Assembly (NCBI GenBank): GCA_002269645.1
Contig: NIVC01001130.1
Location: forward strand, 186,001 to 250,000
Length of the DNA stretch: 64,000 nucleotides
Source: Macrostomum lignano
Taxonomy: Eukaryota
Direction: 5' to 3'
The notes beneath the pieces were generated by a model. The model searched no databases and was not told where the DNA came from. It worked only from the letters and a program-made list of their open reading frames with translations. This document shows positions 38,943 to 51,079 of this stretch, piece by piece. Each line of letters begins with the position of its first letter. Position 1 is the first letter of the stretch. Both the position numbers and the translations under genes were made by a program.

Positions 38943-40124
38943 ATGACCAACAACAGCACGGGCAACTGGACGGACGGGAAGCCGGATGGCGGCTTCGACA
39001 AAGAGGAGCACTTCCCCAACCCGGATGCCGAGTCGCGTGGCCTGTCAGTCAGCATCCAGGCCTTCAACTTGCTGGCTCTGGCGCTCAACGCCTTCCTGCT
39101 GGTGATCCTGACGCGCAAGCAGTCGCGCACAGGCGCCAAAGGCCTGATCCTGCTGGCCGGCGCCGAGATCGGCATCAACCTTTCCCTGCTGGTCATGCAC
39201 GCCGAGGTGTGGACGATGCACACCCACTCGCCCACCATGTTCGAGCATTTCAATTATAGTTTCGAAGCTTTCCACTTGCTGCGCAACGCCTGGCTCAGCG
39301 CCATGACCATCGCCAGGGCGCTGGCTGTCAGCCGGCCGTTCACCAGCTCCCGGCTGCTCACCAGGCGCCAGCAGGCCGTCATCTTCGGAATCGAGGCATT
39401 CGCCTGCGCGGCATGGAGCATCGCCGACCTGCTGCTTCAAAATGTCCAGTCGGACCATCGGGAGAGCGCGGTTCACAGAGTGCGCCGCGCGCTGGCTCTG
39501 CTGCGCCACGTTCTCAACACTGTGGTGGTGGGCACCATCATTGTGGTCACCAGCTCCGTCATTGTGCACCATGTGCGCCGCTCCTCCAGCCTCCAGCAGC
39601 CGGGCCAGCAGCATCAGCAGCACAGGAGGCGGGACAGGCAGGCCAGCAAGATTGTGGTCACCCTGGCCGTCGGCTTCTTTCTGCTGGAGGTGCCCAACGC
39701 TCTGGTGGTGTTCATCGTCATCACCGTCGCTATGGTCAAGGGCGATTTTGCCTTCATTCAAAGCATCGCCCAGGTTCTCCACATCATCTACAGGGTGAAC
39801 CACCTGCTGATTGTTGTCAACACCTGTCTGAATCCGTTCGTCCTGCTGGCCTTCAGCAGCGGATTTCGTCGGCAGGTTCGCGACGCCATCGCTTGCAAGA
39901 CGAGGCCTGTTGGAGGCGGTGGGGGCGGAGCCGGTGGAGGCGGCCGCGGCGGCTTGGGCGGCACCACCTCGGCCATCATTGACACGCCGAGGGGGGCTCG
40001 GCAGGCCGCCGAAGTGCGCAAGACGGCGGCTGCCAAGCTGGCCAATGGCCACGACCTGTCGGACGATGAGGACAACGACGCTGTCCGGATGAGTCCGCTG
40101 ATTTGGCCGAAAAATGATGAGTAG
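38943..40124 (+). CDS. Single-exon class A (rhodopsin-like) orphan GPCR, 393 aa
   Basis: Seven hydrophobic segments; N-terminal NxS/T sequons (NNS, NWT); TM2 LAGAE, TM3 WLSAMTIARALAVSRP, TM6 F.LLEVP, TM7 NTCLNPFV, helix 8 SSGFRR. Confidence 0.88.
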   Translation: MTNNSTGNWTDGKPDGGFDKEEHFPNPDAESRGLSVSIQAFNLLALALNAFLLVILTRKQSRTGAKGLILLAGAEIGINLSLLVMHAEVWTMHTHSPTMFEHFNYSFEAFHLLRNAWLSAMTIARALAVSRPFTSSRLLTRRQQAVIFGIEAFACAAWSIADLLLQNVQSDHRESAVHRVRRALALLRHVLNTVVVGTIIVVTSSVIVHHVRRSSSLQQPGQQHQQHRRRDRQASKIVVTLAVGFFLLEVPNALVVFIVITVAMVKGDFAFIQSIAQVLHIIYRVNHLLIVVNTCLNPFVLLAFSSGFRRQVRDAIACKTRPVGGGGGGAGGGGRGGLGGTTSAIIDTPRGARQAAEVRKTAAAKLANGHDLSDDEDNDAVRMSPLIWPKNDE

Positions 40125-40509
40125 TCATTTATGATCGGTGACAGCTCGCTTGTGCCGCGTCTGTTCCCGTCAGTGACCACCAGTGTAGGAGTAAGATGAA
40201 GTAACATTTGAAAATTATTCTAATTTATTAGAAGGCTCTTGTTGAAGTTCCGAATGATCTGAAGAAGCTTAGGTGAAGAAATGTATTAGGCTTTCGAATA
40301 GTGGTTCACTATATCAAGTGTTGTTGCTGCTCCCCGTCACTATCAGACCATGCTAATGCTATCGATATGGTCTTTGGTGACCGCCCTCTGTCTTTCTCTG
40401 CCGTTCCAAACTGAGAACCCACACACACAGTTCACTGACTAAAAATTGTTTCATTCTATTTAGATTTATGGAGTATAGAACCTGGCGTTTTTTAACATTC
40501 CAAATAATG

Positions 40510-41216
40510 CAGGGGTGTCGCCACCGGAGGGGCACAGGGGGACATGTCCCCCCAGTAAAAGCTATGGTACCTGTCCCAGTACATGCCAATGCTTTTTGTC
40601 CCTCACCCCCTTGTGACCCGTTATGGAAATCAAAAAATTTGCTTCAGGGCGCCAAAATATAGCGCCTGCGGAACTAAAATGAGTGCCGGCGGCGCCAAAA
40701 TGAGTGCCTGCGGCGCCAAAATGAGTGCCTGCGGCGCCAAAATGAGTGCCTGCGGCGCCAAAATGAGTGCCTGCGGCGCCAAAATGAGTGCCTGCGGCGC
40801 CAAAATGACTGCCTGCGGCGCCAAAATAACTGCCTGCGGCGCCAAAATGAGCGCCTGCGGCGCCAAAATGAGTGCCTGCGGCGCCAAAATGACTGCCTGT
40901 GGCGCCAAAATGACTGCCTGCGGCGCCAAAATAACTGCCTGCGGCGCCAAAATGAGCGCCTGCGGCGCCAAAATGAGTGCCTGCGGCGCCAAAATGACTG
41001 CCTGTGGCGCCAAAATGAGTGCCTGCGGCGCCAAAATGACTGCCTGCGGCGCCAAAATGACTGCCTGCGGCGCCAAAATGACTGCCTGCGGCGCCAAAAT
41101 GAGTGCCTGCGGCACTCATTCTGAAAATAATGTACATGTAGGAATTTAGTCATATACATGTCATATAGAATTCTTAGCTTTGTCCTCCCACCATAAAATC
41201 CATGGCGACGCCCCTG
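40510..41216. mobile_element. hAT-type MITE (707 bp) containing an internal 21-bp tandem array (GAGTGCCTGCGGCGCCAAAAT, ~40680-41112)
   Basis: TIRs CAGGGGTGTCGCCA / TGGCGACGCCCCTG (13/14); exact 8-bp TSD AAATAATG at 40502-40509 and 41217-41224. Confidence 0.9.
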
Positions 41217-41689
41217 AAATAATGTACTTGCATTGCACATGTACGAGTTACTTTGACTTATTTAATGTTGTTATTCTAGTAGCTAGGCTAAGTCGGCACT
41301 GGGTTAGAAGTACTTATCCAGCCAGTTTTTTTCTCACAAAAATTTTCCAAAGAGCTTCGAGAGTTTTATCGATTTAATTTTTTTACTTTTTGAAAGTATT
41401 TTTTGGAAAAATTGTTTTCCCTCTACTATTCTTTAATCTTTTTTTATTGAATTTTTAGTGTCTAAGAGCGCTAAAAATCTCCTGAATCTCCGTTAGTCGA
41501 AACTTCTCTCGGAAGTTCTACAGTTGATCCCAATCTATAAGCTGTAAACACTGCACGACCCCTTCATCCAGTCTGCTTGAGTCTGTCAGTGGCGGGTCAG
41601 GGGGATGCGGCTTTCAACGGCCTAAGGGGACAAGGGGTTTAAGCAACCCACCGAAACACAGGGGGCACCCACCAAAAGACAGGGACGCC

Positions 41690-42540
41690 AACCAAAAGAC
41701 AGGGGCACCAACCAAAAGACAGGAGCGCCAACCAAAAGACAGGGGCGCCAACCAAAAGACAGGGGCGCCAACCAAAAGACAGGGGCGCCAACCAAAAGAC
41801 AGGGGCGCCAACCAAAAGACAGGGGCGCCAACCAAAAGACAGGGGCGCCAACCAAAAGACAGGGGCGCCAACCAAAAGACAGGGGCGCCAACCAAAAGAC
41901 AGGGGCGCCAACCAAAAGACAGGAGCGCCAACCAAAAGACAGGGGCGCCAACCAAAAGACAGGGGCGCCAACCAAAAGACAGGGGCGCCAACCAAAAGAC
42001 AGGGACGCCAACCAAAAGACAGGGGCGCCAACCAAAAGACAGGGACGCCAACCAAAAGACAGGGGCGCCAACCAAAAGACAGGGACGCCAACCAAAAGAC
42101 AGGGGCGCCAACCAAAAGACAGGGACGCCAACCAAAAGACAGGGGCGCCAACCAAAAGACAGGGACGCCAACCAAAAGACAGGGGCGCCAACCAAAAGAC
42201 AGGGGCGCCAACCAAAATACAGGGACGCCAACCAAAAGACAGGGGCGCCAACCAAAAGACAGGGGCGCCAACCAAAAGACAGGGGCGCCAACCAAAAAAC
42301 AGGGACGCCAACCAAAAGACAGGGACGCCAACCAAAAGACAGGGGCGCCAACCAAAAGACAGGGGCGCCAACCAAAAAACAGGGGCGCCAACCAAAAGAC
42401 AGGGGCGCCAACCAAAAGACAGGGACGCCAACCAAAAGACAGGGACGCCAACCAAAAGACAGGGGCGCCAACCAAAAAACAGGGGCGCCAACCAAAAGAC
42501 AGGGGCGCCAACCAAAAGACAGGGGCGCCAACCAAAAGAC
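41690..42540. repeat. 20-bp minisatellite (AGGGGCGCCAACCAAAAGAC), ~42 copies, possibly inside a decayed MITE (41587-42603)
   Basis: Direct periodicity; flanks CAGTGGCG.. and ..CGGCACAG are TIR-like but no TSD. Confidence 0.95.
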
Positions 42541-43257
42541 ACCAACTATTGGCGCCCCTTAGGGTTGCGCTCCCCTCAATAAAAATTGTTGCTTACGGCA
42601 CAGATTTTCTTAATAGGCAGAGTGTTTTGTCTATTTATTTAATCATAACTTGCTGTATACGATTACACTAAGCAATGTAATCCTAGCTAAAATGCGGCCA
42701 GTTTTAAAGCATATAACTGTTGTGAAGTGAAACGTTAATTGCCTACACTGTATGTACAAATCGAGAGAGCAACTACTGTATGGCACTTGCGCATATTTAT
42801 ACAAATCGGTACAGCCCACAGTTTAAGGGTGAGAGTCCCTATATGCTCTAATTGTGACGGCATTCCGCACGCAACAGATACTCGTAGTCGCATGGTTGGA
42901 GCAATTAATTTGGCTCGAATACCGCTTCACTCTGCAACCCTCAGTTTGTTCATTTCCGCCCGTTAACTGCCCGCATCTATCTGCATGTTCTCCGAGCAGC
43001 ATTATATATAGAAAATATGCACTTGACTAAACAAATATACAAGTTTTTTTGTCAGAAAAATATTTTGACAAGAACTGTGAAACTTCTCGATCGAAAGTCT
43101 ACTGCTCTCGTAGAAGTTGCCGTTGTAGCAAGACGTAACACTCGCGCGTTCTGTGGACAATTTATTTGAAGGGTTAACTTTGCCTAAAATTCCCACATTT
43201 GCCTTAATTAAAACGGGTTGAGTGCAGGTAAGAAACGGAGGGGTGGAGTACCTGACT

Positions 43258-43480
43258 GAGGAAAGAGGAGGGAGATTGAAGAGCCAATCAGAAGGCAGCG
43301 AGGGAAAGAGATAAGAATATCAAGTCTGAACTTGAGAAAAGAGGGGAGATTTAAGAGCCAATCAGAAGGCAGCGAGGGAAAGAGATAAGAATATCAAGTC
43401 TGAACTTGAGGAAAGAGGGGAGATTGAAGAGCCAATCAGAAGGCAGCGAGGGAAAGAGATAAGAATATATCAAGTCTGAA
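43258..43480. repeat. 74-bp tandem repeat x3, each with AGCCAATCAG (CCAAT-box-like)
   Basis: AGCCAATCAG at 43282, 43356, 43430. Confidence 0.88.
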
Positions 43481-43634
43481 CTAGAGAGGGAGAGAAACAC
43501 AGCGTAGAGAGCCGGAGGAGGGTTCTTAAGGTCAAAATCTCACGTCGAAAACTCAATAAAACAAAAAACCATGCAGTAGTTTTCGGCATTGCGAAATTTC
43601 GACCTTATGAAAGTGACTGTTTTTGAGTTTTAAT

Positions 43635-44558
43635 TTGAGAAAGATGCTTCATCATATTCGAGAAAGATGCTCCATCATATTCGAGAAAGATGCTCCATCA
43701 TATTCGAGAACGATGCTCCATCATATTCGAGAAAGATGCTCCATCATATTTGAGAAAGATGCTCCATCATATTCGAGAACGATGCTCCATAATATTCGAG
43801 AACGATGCTCCATCATATTTGAGAAAGATGCTCCATCATATTCGAGAAAGATGCTCCATCATATTTGAGAAAGATGCTTCATCATATTCGAGAAAGATGC
43901 TCCATCATATTTGAGAAAGATGCTCCATCATATTCGAGAAAGATGCTCCATCATATTTGAGAAAGATGCTCCATCATATTCGAGAAAGATGCTCCATCAT
44001 ATTCGAGAAAGACGCTCCATCATATTCGAGAAAGATGCTCCATCATATTTGAGAAAGACGCTCCATCATATTCGAGAAAGATGCTCCATCATATTCGAGA
44101 AAGACGCTCCATCATATTCGAGAAAGACGCTCCATCATATTCGAGAAAGATGCTCCATCATATTCGAGAAAGATGCTCCATCATATTCGAGAAAGATGCT
44201 CCATCATATTCGAGAAAGACGCTCCATCATATTCGAGAAAGATGCTCCATCATATTTGAGAAAGATGCTCCATCATATTCGAGAAAGACGCTCCATCATA
44301 TTCGAGAAAGATGCTCCATCATATTCGAGAAAGATGCTCCATCATATTTGAAAAAGATGCTCCATCATATTCGAGAATGATGCTCCATCATATTCGAGAA
44401 AGATGCTCCATCATATTCGAGAAAGATGCTCCATCATATTCGAGAAAGATGCTCCATCATATTCGAGAAAGATGCTCCATCATATTCGAGAAAGATGCTC
44501 CATCATATTCGAGAAAGATGCTCCATCATATTCGAGAAAGATGCTCCATCATATTCGA
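43635..44558. repeat. 23-bp minisatellite (AGAAAGATGCTCCATCATATTCG), ~40 copies
   Basis: Direct periodicity. Confidence 0.96.
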
Positions 44559-45372
44559 GTCAAAGAGGAAGAAGCGTCACTGCCGATGAGCTCCGCGTAC
44601 ATGAGAGATTTTGCAATTTGCATGCTACAACCGGAATGAAACGGGCAAGGGGGCTGATGAATGCACGCGGCCTGAGCAAAAGTGCATGAGACCACAAACT
44701 TTTTAATGCTCCTCGTAAAATGTAGAGTAGACCATAAAGTGTGAGTTTTGTAGTATAACTTCAGCTGAATCGAGTCTAGGACTATCAGAACCAAATCGGA
44801 ACAAAAATTGATGCTTTTCAAAAACGGCTTTGAATCCAGACAAATTGATAAGATTGAGTCTTCTCGTCAGTGAGCAAATGTAAAAGTCCCACCCTCTGGC
44901 AGCTCTATTTAATAAAGTCTCATCACTGCTGAAGCGTGATTAAAGCCATGCAGGCTCAGAACCAGCCCACTCGTCCCAACCCCCCGCAGAGCAGAGCGCG
45001 TTTTTTTCGCCAGATGCGCTCAACTCAATCAAAAATTCTACAGGCCCCCAGAGTCTCGCATGATGAAGCTGAAAATTAAAACTGACAGGTAGGCCCCCAT
45101 CGCCTGAATAAAATTGCTAATGAAACACGGACAAACGGAAAGTAAATTGTCACATCAGACACGACAGAAATAATTGCGTGCCCACAGTTTCCTCAAGAGA
45201 ATTCTTAGCCACAGAAAAAACTATTCTGCAGGGTTATTGCTTTCTACTTTAGCGAAGTCTATTGTTTTGGCTAAAAATGGACCGCAGAATTTCATACAGA
45301 AGTTCTTTCAATTTGTTCACTCTTGTTGCTAAGGAAAACAACCATCCAGGTGCAAAGCGGCGGGAAAACCCA

Positions 45373-45880
45373 TGATCCTTCGTATGGCGCCATTCAGTTT
45401 AGCTACACCTCCCTGATCCTTCACATGGCGCCATTGAGTTTAGCTACACCTCCCTGATCCTTAGTATGGCGCCATTCAGTTTAGCTACACCTCCCTGATC
45501 CTTCACATGGCGCCATTCAGTTTAGCTACACCTCCCTGATCCTTCACATGGCGCCATTCAGTTTAGCTACACCTCCCTGATCCTTCACATGGCGCCATTC
45601 AGCTTAGCTACACCTCCCTGATCCTTAGTATGGCGCCATTCAGTTTAGCTACACCTCCCTGATCCTTCACATGGCGCCATTCAGTTTAGCTACACCTCCC
45701 TGATCCTTCACATGGCGCCATTCAGTTTAGCTACACCTCCCTGATCATTCACATGGCGCCATTCAGCTTAGCTACACCTCCCTGATCCTTCACATGGCGC
45801 CATTCAGTTTAGCTACACCTCCCTGATCCTTCACATGGCGCCATTCAGTTTAGCTACACCCCTCTGATTCTTCGTACGGC
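45373..45880. repeat. 41-bp minisatellite (ATGGCGCCATTCAGTTTAGCTACACCTCCCTGATCCTTCAC), ~12 copies
   Basis: Direct periodicity. Confidence 0.95.
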
Positions 45881-46484
45881 GCCCTGCCGCCAGTAAGATA
45901 GCAGTGTTAAAAAATAAGCAAACAGAGTTCTCAAAGTCGAAATTGAATTCTATCATTGAGAGAAACCAAAAGTAGAATTTATTTTTGCTGCTTTTTAGCA
46001 ATCAGAATTTAAGCGATATCAACTGACTACTGTGTCGGTATGCATTTGATAGCAAAGATGGATGATAAGCAACATTAATTAGAGGATAGAGGGATTTAGC
46101 TATACCTAATGAAATTATCTAAACAACAGTAAAGATTTATCTAAACTGAAAATACACAAAACGAAAAAGGCGAAGTGCAACTGTGACCGAAACCGTCACA
46201 GTGAAACTTTGAGTTAGGACCCCAATTCAGATAAATTATGAGAACTCAATCGAATAATCGTCTATGGTATTATAAAGTCATGATGATGATGACAGATTAT
46301 ATTAATGCAATGCACTTGCACACATATCTCTTTGTCTTATCATACTACTTACATTTAGAGCGTCTATTTATAGTTCTCGCGTGGTCGTGCGAAATTGGTT
46401 CCGAGCTTGATAATTTAGTCTATGGCCAAAACAGACTTCCAGGCGCAGAATCTGATCTTAATTCTCGCTAAATATGAGCAAATA

Positions 46485-46863
46485 CAGAATAAAGACCGGT
46501 TGGGCCAGAGACAACACGTCTTAAATAGCAAAATGTATAAGCTCGATAATCGTACGCAGTGAGATTGTCTTTAGTCAAAGCCAATGTAATTGAAGCGGAA
46601 GACTATCCCGAGATTGCGGTGGGTCGGGGCCATAGATATTTCGTAGATAAGCAATCCATGAAATTCATTCATCAATGTACAAGTCTGACAAGTGATGACT
46701 AAACGCCGTCTTCTGTGCTGCTGCAGTCAGCTGAAGGCTCCCTGCATCCGTGCAAAGCCATCACTCTCTTGAACTTTGCTGGCTCTCAGGTCTCTGACTA
46801 AACTCTGCGGCCATAAATTGCAAATTTGCGAGTTGTCTCTGGCCCAACCTGTCTTTTGTTCTG
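46485..46863. mobile_element. Candidate MITE with ~31-bp terminal inverted repeats
   Basis: CAGAATAAAGACCGGTTGGGCCAGAGACAAC (46485-46515) vs reverse complement of GTTGTCTCTGGCCCAACCTGTCTTTTGTTCTG (46832-46863); no clear TSD. Confidence 0.65.
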
Positions 46864-48241
46864 CTGACTTTCAACTTTGAATACCCGCTTTCTAACCTTT
46901 ATAACCTATGCTAAACGCATAGATAGCGAGTGGCAATCACAGATACTAGAATAACTATATAGACCAATCAGCACATTTGCGTGTAAGCTACTTTCAGTTC
47001 AGTAGTAAGTTAAACAAAAGCATTTTAATGTATTTTTAAAGCCGCTCATTTATTGGCTCTTACAACCCAGCTTAAACCCTCCAACTGCGCCTTTCCACAC
47101 TACCCCCTGCGCACCAATTTTTTATTGCCGTTCTCGGAATTCCAGCCTAAAGCTGCCATGTACATTTCAGTGGACTGGCTAATGTACATTATTGCTGAAC
47201 CAATTAGCAAGTTGTTTACGCCTGCAAGCTACATTTATTAAAACAGACAGACAGACGGACACACCTAGCAGGCAGATGGGATTGGGAAGTTGCAAAGAAT
47301 GGAAAAGTGAGACACACACCCAAAATATTATATTTTGAAAAAAGGAGAACAATTACAGTGCATAGAGAAATAGAATTCATACAGGATTACAATACTCGTA
47401 CGCCCGGAAACAAAAGGCGAATTATATCCATTAAATATGATGCTTATATATGCAGAGTTATCACACGCTATTTGCCTAATATAGCATTTTCCAAGCCAAT
47501 CAAGCCTTAGCAGGAGAATCCAGCTATTGGAGGCTTCCCTTGAATTGTCTATAGCCCAAAAGAGGGGCTATATGGGTCTTCTTTCTGCGGAAGTTTTCCG
47601 AAATTTCCACAACAGTGAAATGGATTAGGCTATTTTTGCCTTGGCTTAATGAGCGATAGATACTACTCAATAAATGAGAGATAGATAGATATAAACGAAC
47701 ACACAGGCGCCGCGAGACTCCCAAAAACCAAAAAAAAACGAAAGAATAATCAAAACGATTACAATTAATTGATAAGAGATCTGCAGTAGTTCATATATAC
47801 AATCAGATAAACAAACAATTTAAACAAATAAAACCGAAAAAATGATACGAATCACTCTTAAACCGCGTGGCTATATGTAACCAACATATATATTAACGCT
47901 GTCAAAAAAATTTAAAACTTCTGAACTTATGGACCAAAGCTCACACAAAATACATGTCACACACTAGGTACTTACAATAAAACTGGTGTTTTTAACCAAG
48001 CAAAAAACCATAAAATTTCGAAGACAATTAATAAACAGCCTTGCAATAAAAGAGCGGACCAAGCAGTACAGAAGGATAGTTATAAGACTAATTCACTAAG
48101 TTTACAAAGAGGGCTTGGTAGGAGTTCTCAAGCTTTTAACAAGTTTGCTGCAACATTAAAAGAAGAAATTGTCGTCACCCGATTAATCAGTGGCTAGTAG
48201 TAACTGGGGAAGAGTCTGGCTAGAAGGATTATGACTGCACT

Positions 48242-48435
48242 TTAGCGGCAGAAGCAGCCGAGTGGTGGTGCTGCTGCTGAAACGGACTCGGCTTCTTGCC
48301 ATTCCTTTGTCGAGGATTCTGGGCAACGCAGCTCGAATGCGGATGGGCAACTGTCACTGTGCCTGCGGGATTGCAGAGAGAATGCTGGAATAAGCTCTGC
48401 ATCTGCAGTATGGGGCTGCCCAAATATTGCAGAAC
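48242..48435 (-). CDS. GTPBP1: GTPBP1 probable last exon (non-conserved tail; exact acceptor/frame uncertain)
   Basis: GGTTCAG acceptor ending 48436; the phase-1 frame is open to TAA 48242-48244, but a second frame (VLQYLGS..., stop 48229) is also open. Confidence 0.5.
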
Positions 48436-49560
48436 CTGAACCCCAAACTATGTGAGTTCCAAGCTACGTGAACCCCAAACTACGTGAACCCCAAGCTACG
48501 TGAACCCCAAACTACGTGAGCCCAAAGCTACGTGAACCCCAAGCTACGTGAACCGAAAGCTACGTGAAACCCAAACTACGTGAACCCCGAGCCACGTGAG
48601 CCCAAAGCTACGTGAACCCCAAACTACGTGAACCCCGAGCTACGTGAGCCCCAAGCTACCTAAAACTATCTGAACCTTAAGCTACCTGAACCACAAGCTA
48701 CCTAAACCACAAGCTACCTGAACCACAAGCTACCTGAACCACAAGCTACCTGAACCACAAGCTACCTGAACCACAAGCTACCTGAACCACAAGCTACCTG
48801 AACCACAAGCTACCTGAACCACAAGCTACTTGAACCACAAGCCACCTGAACCACAAGCTACTTGAACCACAAGCTACCTGAACCACAAGCTACCTGAACC
48901 ACAAGCTACCTGAACCACAAGCTACCTGAACCAAAAGCTACCTAAAACTACCTGTAGCTCAAGCTACCTGAACCACAAGCTACCTGAACCACAAGCTACC
49001 TGAACCACAAGCTACCTGAACCACAAGCTACCTGAACCACAAGCTACTTGAACCACAAGCCACCTGAACCACAAGCTACTTGAACCACAAGCTACCTGAA
49101 CCACAAGCTACCTGAACCACAAGCTACCTGAACCACAAGCTACCTGAACCAAAAGCTACCTAAAACTACCTGTAGCTCAAGCTACCTGAACCACAAGCTA
49201 CCTGAACCCCAAGCTACCTAAAACTATCTGAACCACAAGCTACCTGAACCACAAGCTACCTGAACCACAAGCTACCTGAACCACAAGCTACCTGAACCAA
49301 AAGCTACCTAAAACTACCTGTAGCTCAAGCTACCTGAACCACAAGCTACCTGAACCAAAAGCTACCTGAACCACAAGCTACCTGAACCACAAGCTACCTG
49401 AACCACAAGCTACCTGAACCCCAAGCTACCTGAACCACAAGCTACCTGAACCAAAAGCTACCTAAAACTACCTGTAGCTCAAGCTACCTGAACCACAAGC
49501 TACCTGAACCAAAAGCTACCTAAAACTACCTGTAGCTCAAGCTACATGAACTGCAGGCTA
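48436..49560. repeat. 16-bp minisatellite (GCTACCTGAACCACAA), ~65 copies, abutting GTPBP1 last acceptor
   Basis: Direct periodicity. Confidence 0.95.
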
Positions 49561-49936
49561 CCTGACCCCTAGAGTACCTGACCCTTAAGCTCTGACTGAG
49601 CATAGAAGCACTATGCGGTGTGCATTTCTATGGCCAAGGGTATGCGAACAAATGCATGCTGCTTACAGCAGGAAGCACTTATAAAAATCGGACTTTCGTG
49701 GCATGAAAGCTAAAATAAGCCGCTAATTTTTAAGGCATATGATTTATTAAACACACATCTTCTGGGACACCCCTCGTACATGAACACCAATCTACCCTAA
49801 ACTACCTAAACCCAATCTACCAGAATACCAAACTACCTGAACCGCAAGCTACTTTAACCCGGAACGAAAGCGATTAGGCATTATACAGTTAGTACTCATG
49901 TTAAAAAAATAAGATGAAGACGCAGTCTCCGCTCAC

Positions 49937-50420
49937 CAACAGCCTTAGTTTTGCCCTCGCGAAACACCAGCCTGGTGCCAATTTTAATATACTCCGGATT
50001 CTTAATAAAACGAAACCTAACGCTGGCCTTATCGCCTGTGCGCAGGTGCTCCTTGCTCATCTGCACTATGGTGGCAGTCTGGCGAATCGGGCCAACGTGC
50101 ACCATGGCCTGGTAGCGCACACTGATAGTAGTGGGATGATGCAGGATTAATACGTCGGCCTCGAATTCCCAGCAGGCGGTCGGCTCGAGCAAGGGACTAA
50201 CTAGCACCATACCTTTACGTATCTGGCTGCGTTTGATCTTTTTTAATGAAAACGAAGCAGTCTGAGAGCCGACCACTTCCATTACGGGCAGTCGTTTCCG
50301 GTGTATAGATTTAATTGGTATACTCTGGAATTTGCCGAGCGGATCCGGTCCTAGCAGCAGCACATCGTTAACGCGGATGATGCCTTTGTTGCAGGTGCCC
50401 GACACCACCGTGCCCACGCC
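49937..50420 (-). CDS. GTPBP1: GTPBP1 exon 3 (beta-barrel domains II/III)
   Basis: [57 protein letters not shown]; CCTACAG acceptor, G|GTGAG donor. Confidence 0.95.
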
Positions 50421-51079
50421 CTGTAGGAGAAATGAAAAAAAATTCTAACTTAAAAAATTCTTACACTACGCACGTCGTCTACTCATAGCGGCAGTGCAAG
50501 TAAATTGTTAGATAAATTTGCTATTTGGCGAGAAAGTTGCAGTAGCTCTAATTAAGCCAATTGCCTAACTGTACAGTTTGAAGAGGGCAGAGCTGGCGAT
50601 GAACACAATACACGCCCCCAGAAAAATGTACACTGATTCGATGTACTTTACAATCCGCTAGCTCTCTTCCCCCAGTTTCCATAGAGCTCAATACAATTGC
50701 ACAATATTTCACAATAAGACATGTCTTTTGCTGATGAAATATTAGGCAATTTCATCTGCCAACGTTTCGATTGCTTCAGTTGCACGAGTTCTTTGGCAAC
50801 AAAAATTCACCTGCTATTAGAATTTTAAAACGAAAAATGAATAAGATTTTGTACATTTTAGATTCATTTACAATATAGCAGAGTGTATAAGATTACTAAA
50901 GTGTACAGAAACATGGAAATTTAAACTACAATTAAAAAACAGATTTCTTATTAGTTTTACAAATTTTCGACACTATCTTGTATTAGCGTACAATCTATTA
51001 TAAGATTATAATAGATTTATAGACTTACTACTGAAAATATCTTGACAACGATTTAGTAAAAACTGCAGACGGTGCGCAA

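Noticed and set aside
39045-40052. 335-aa antisense ORF and other ORFs overlapping the GPCR, GTPBP1, IQCB1 and DRC7
   Set aside because: Shadow ORFs expected from GC-rich codon usage; no motifs
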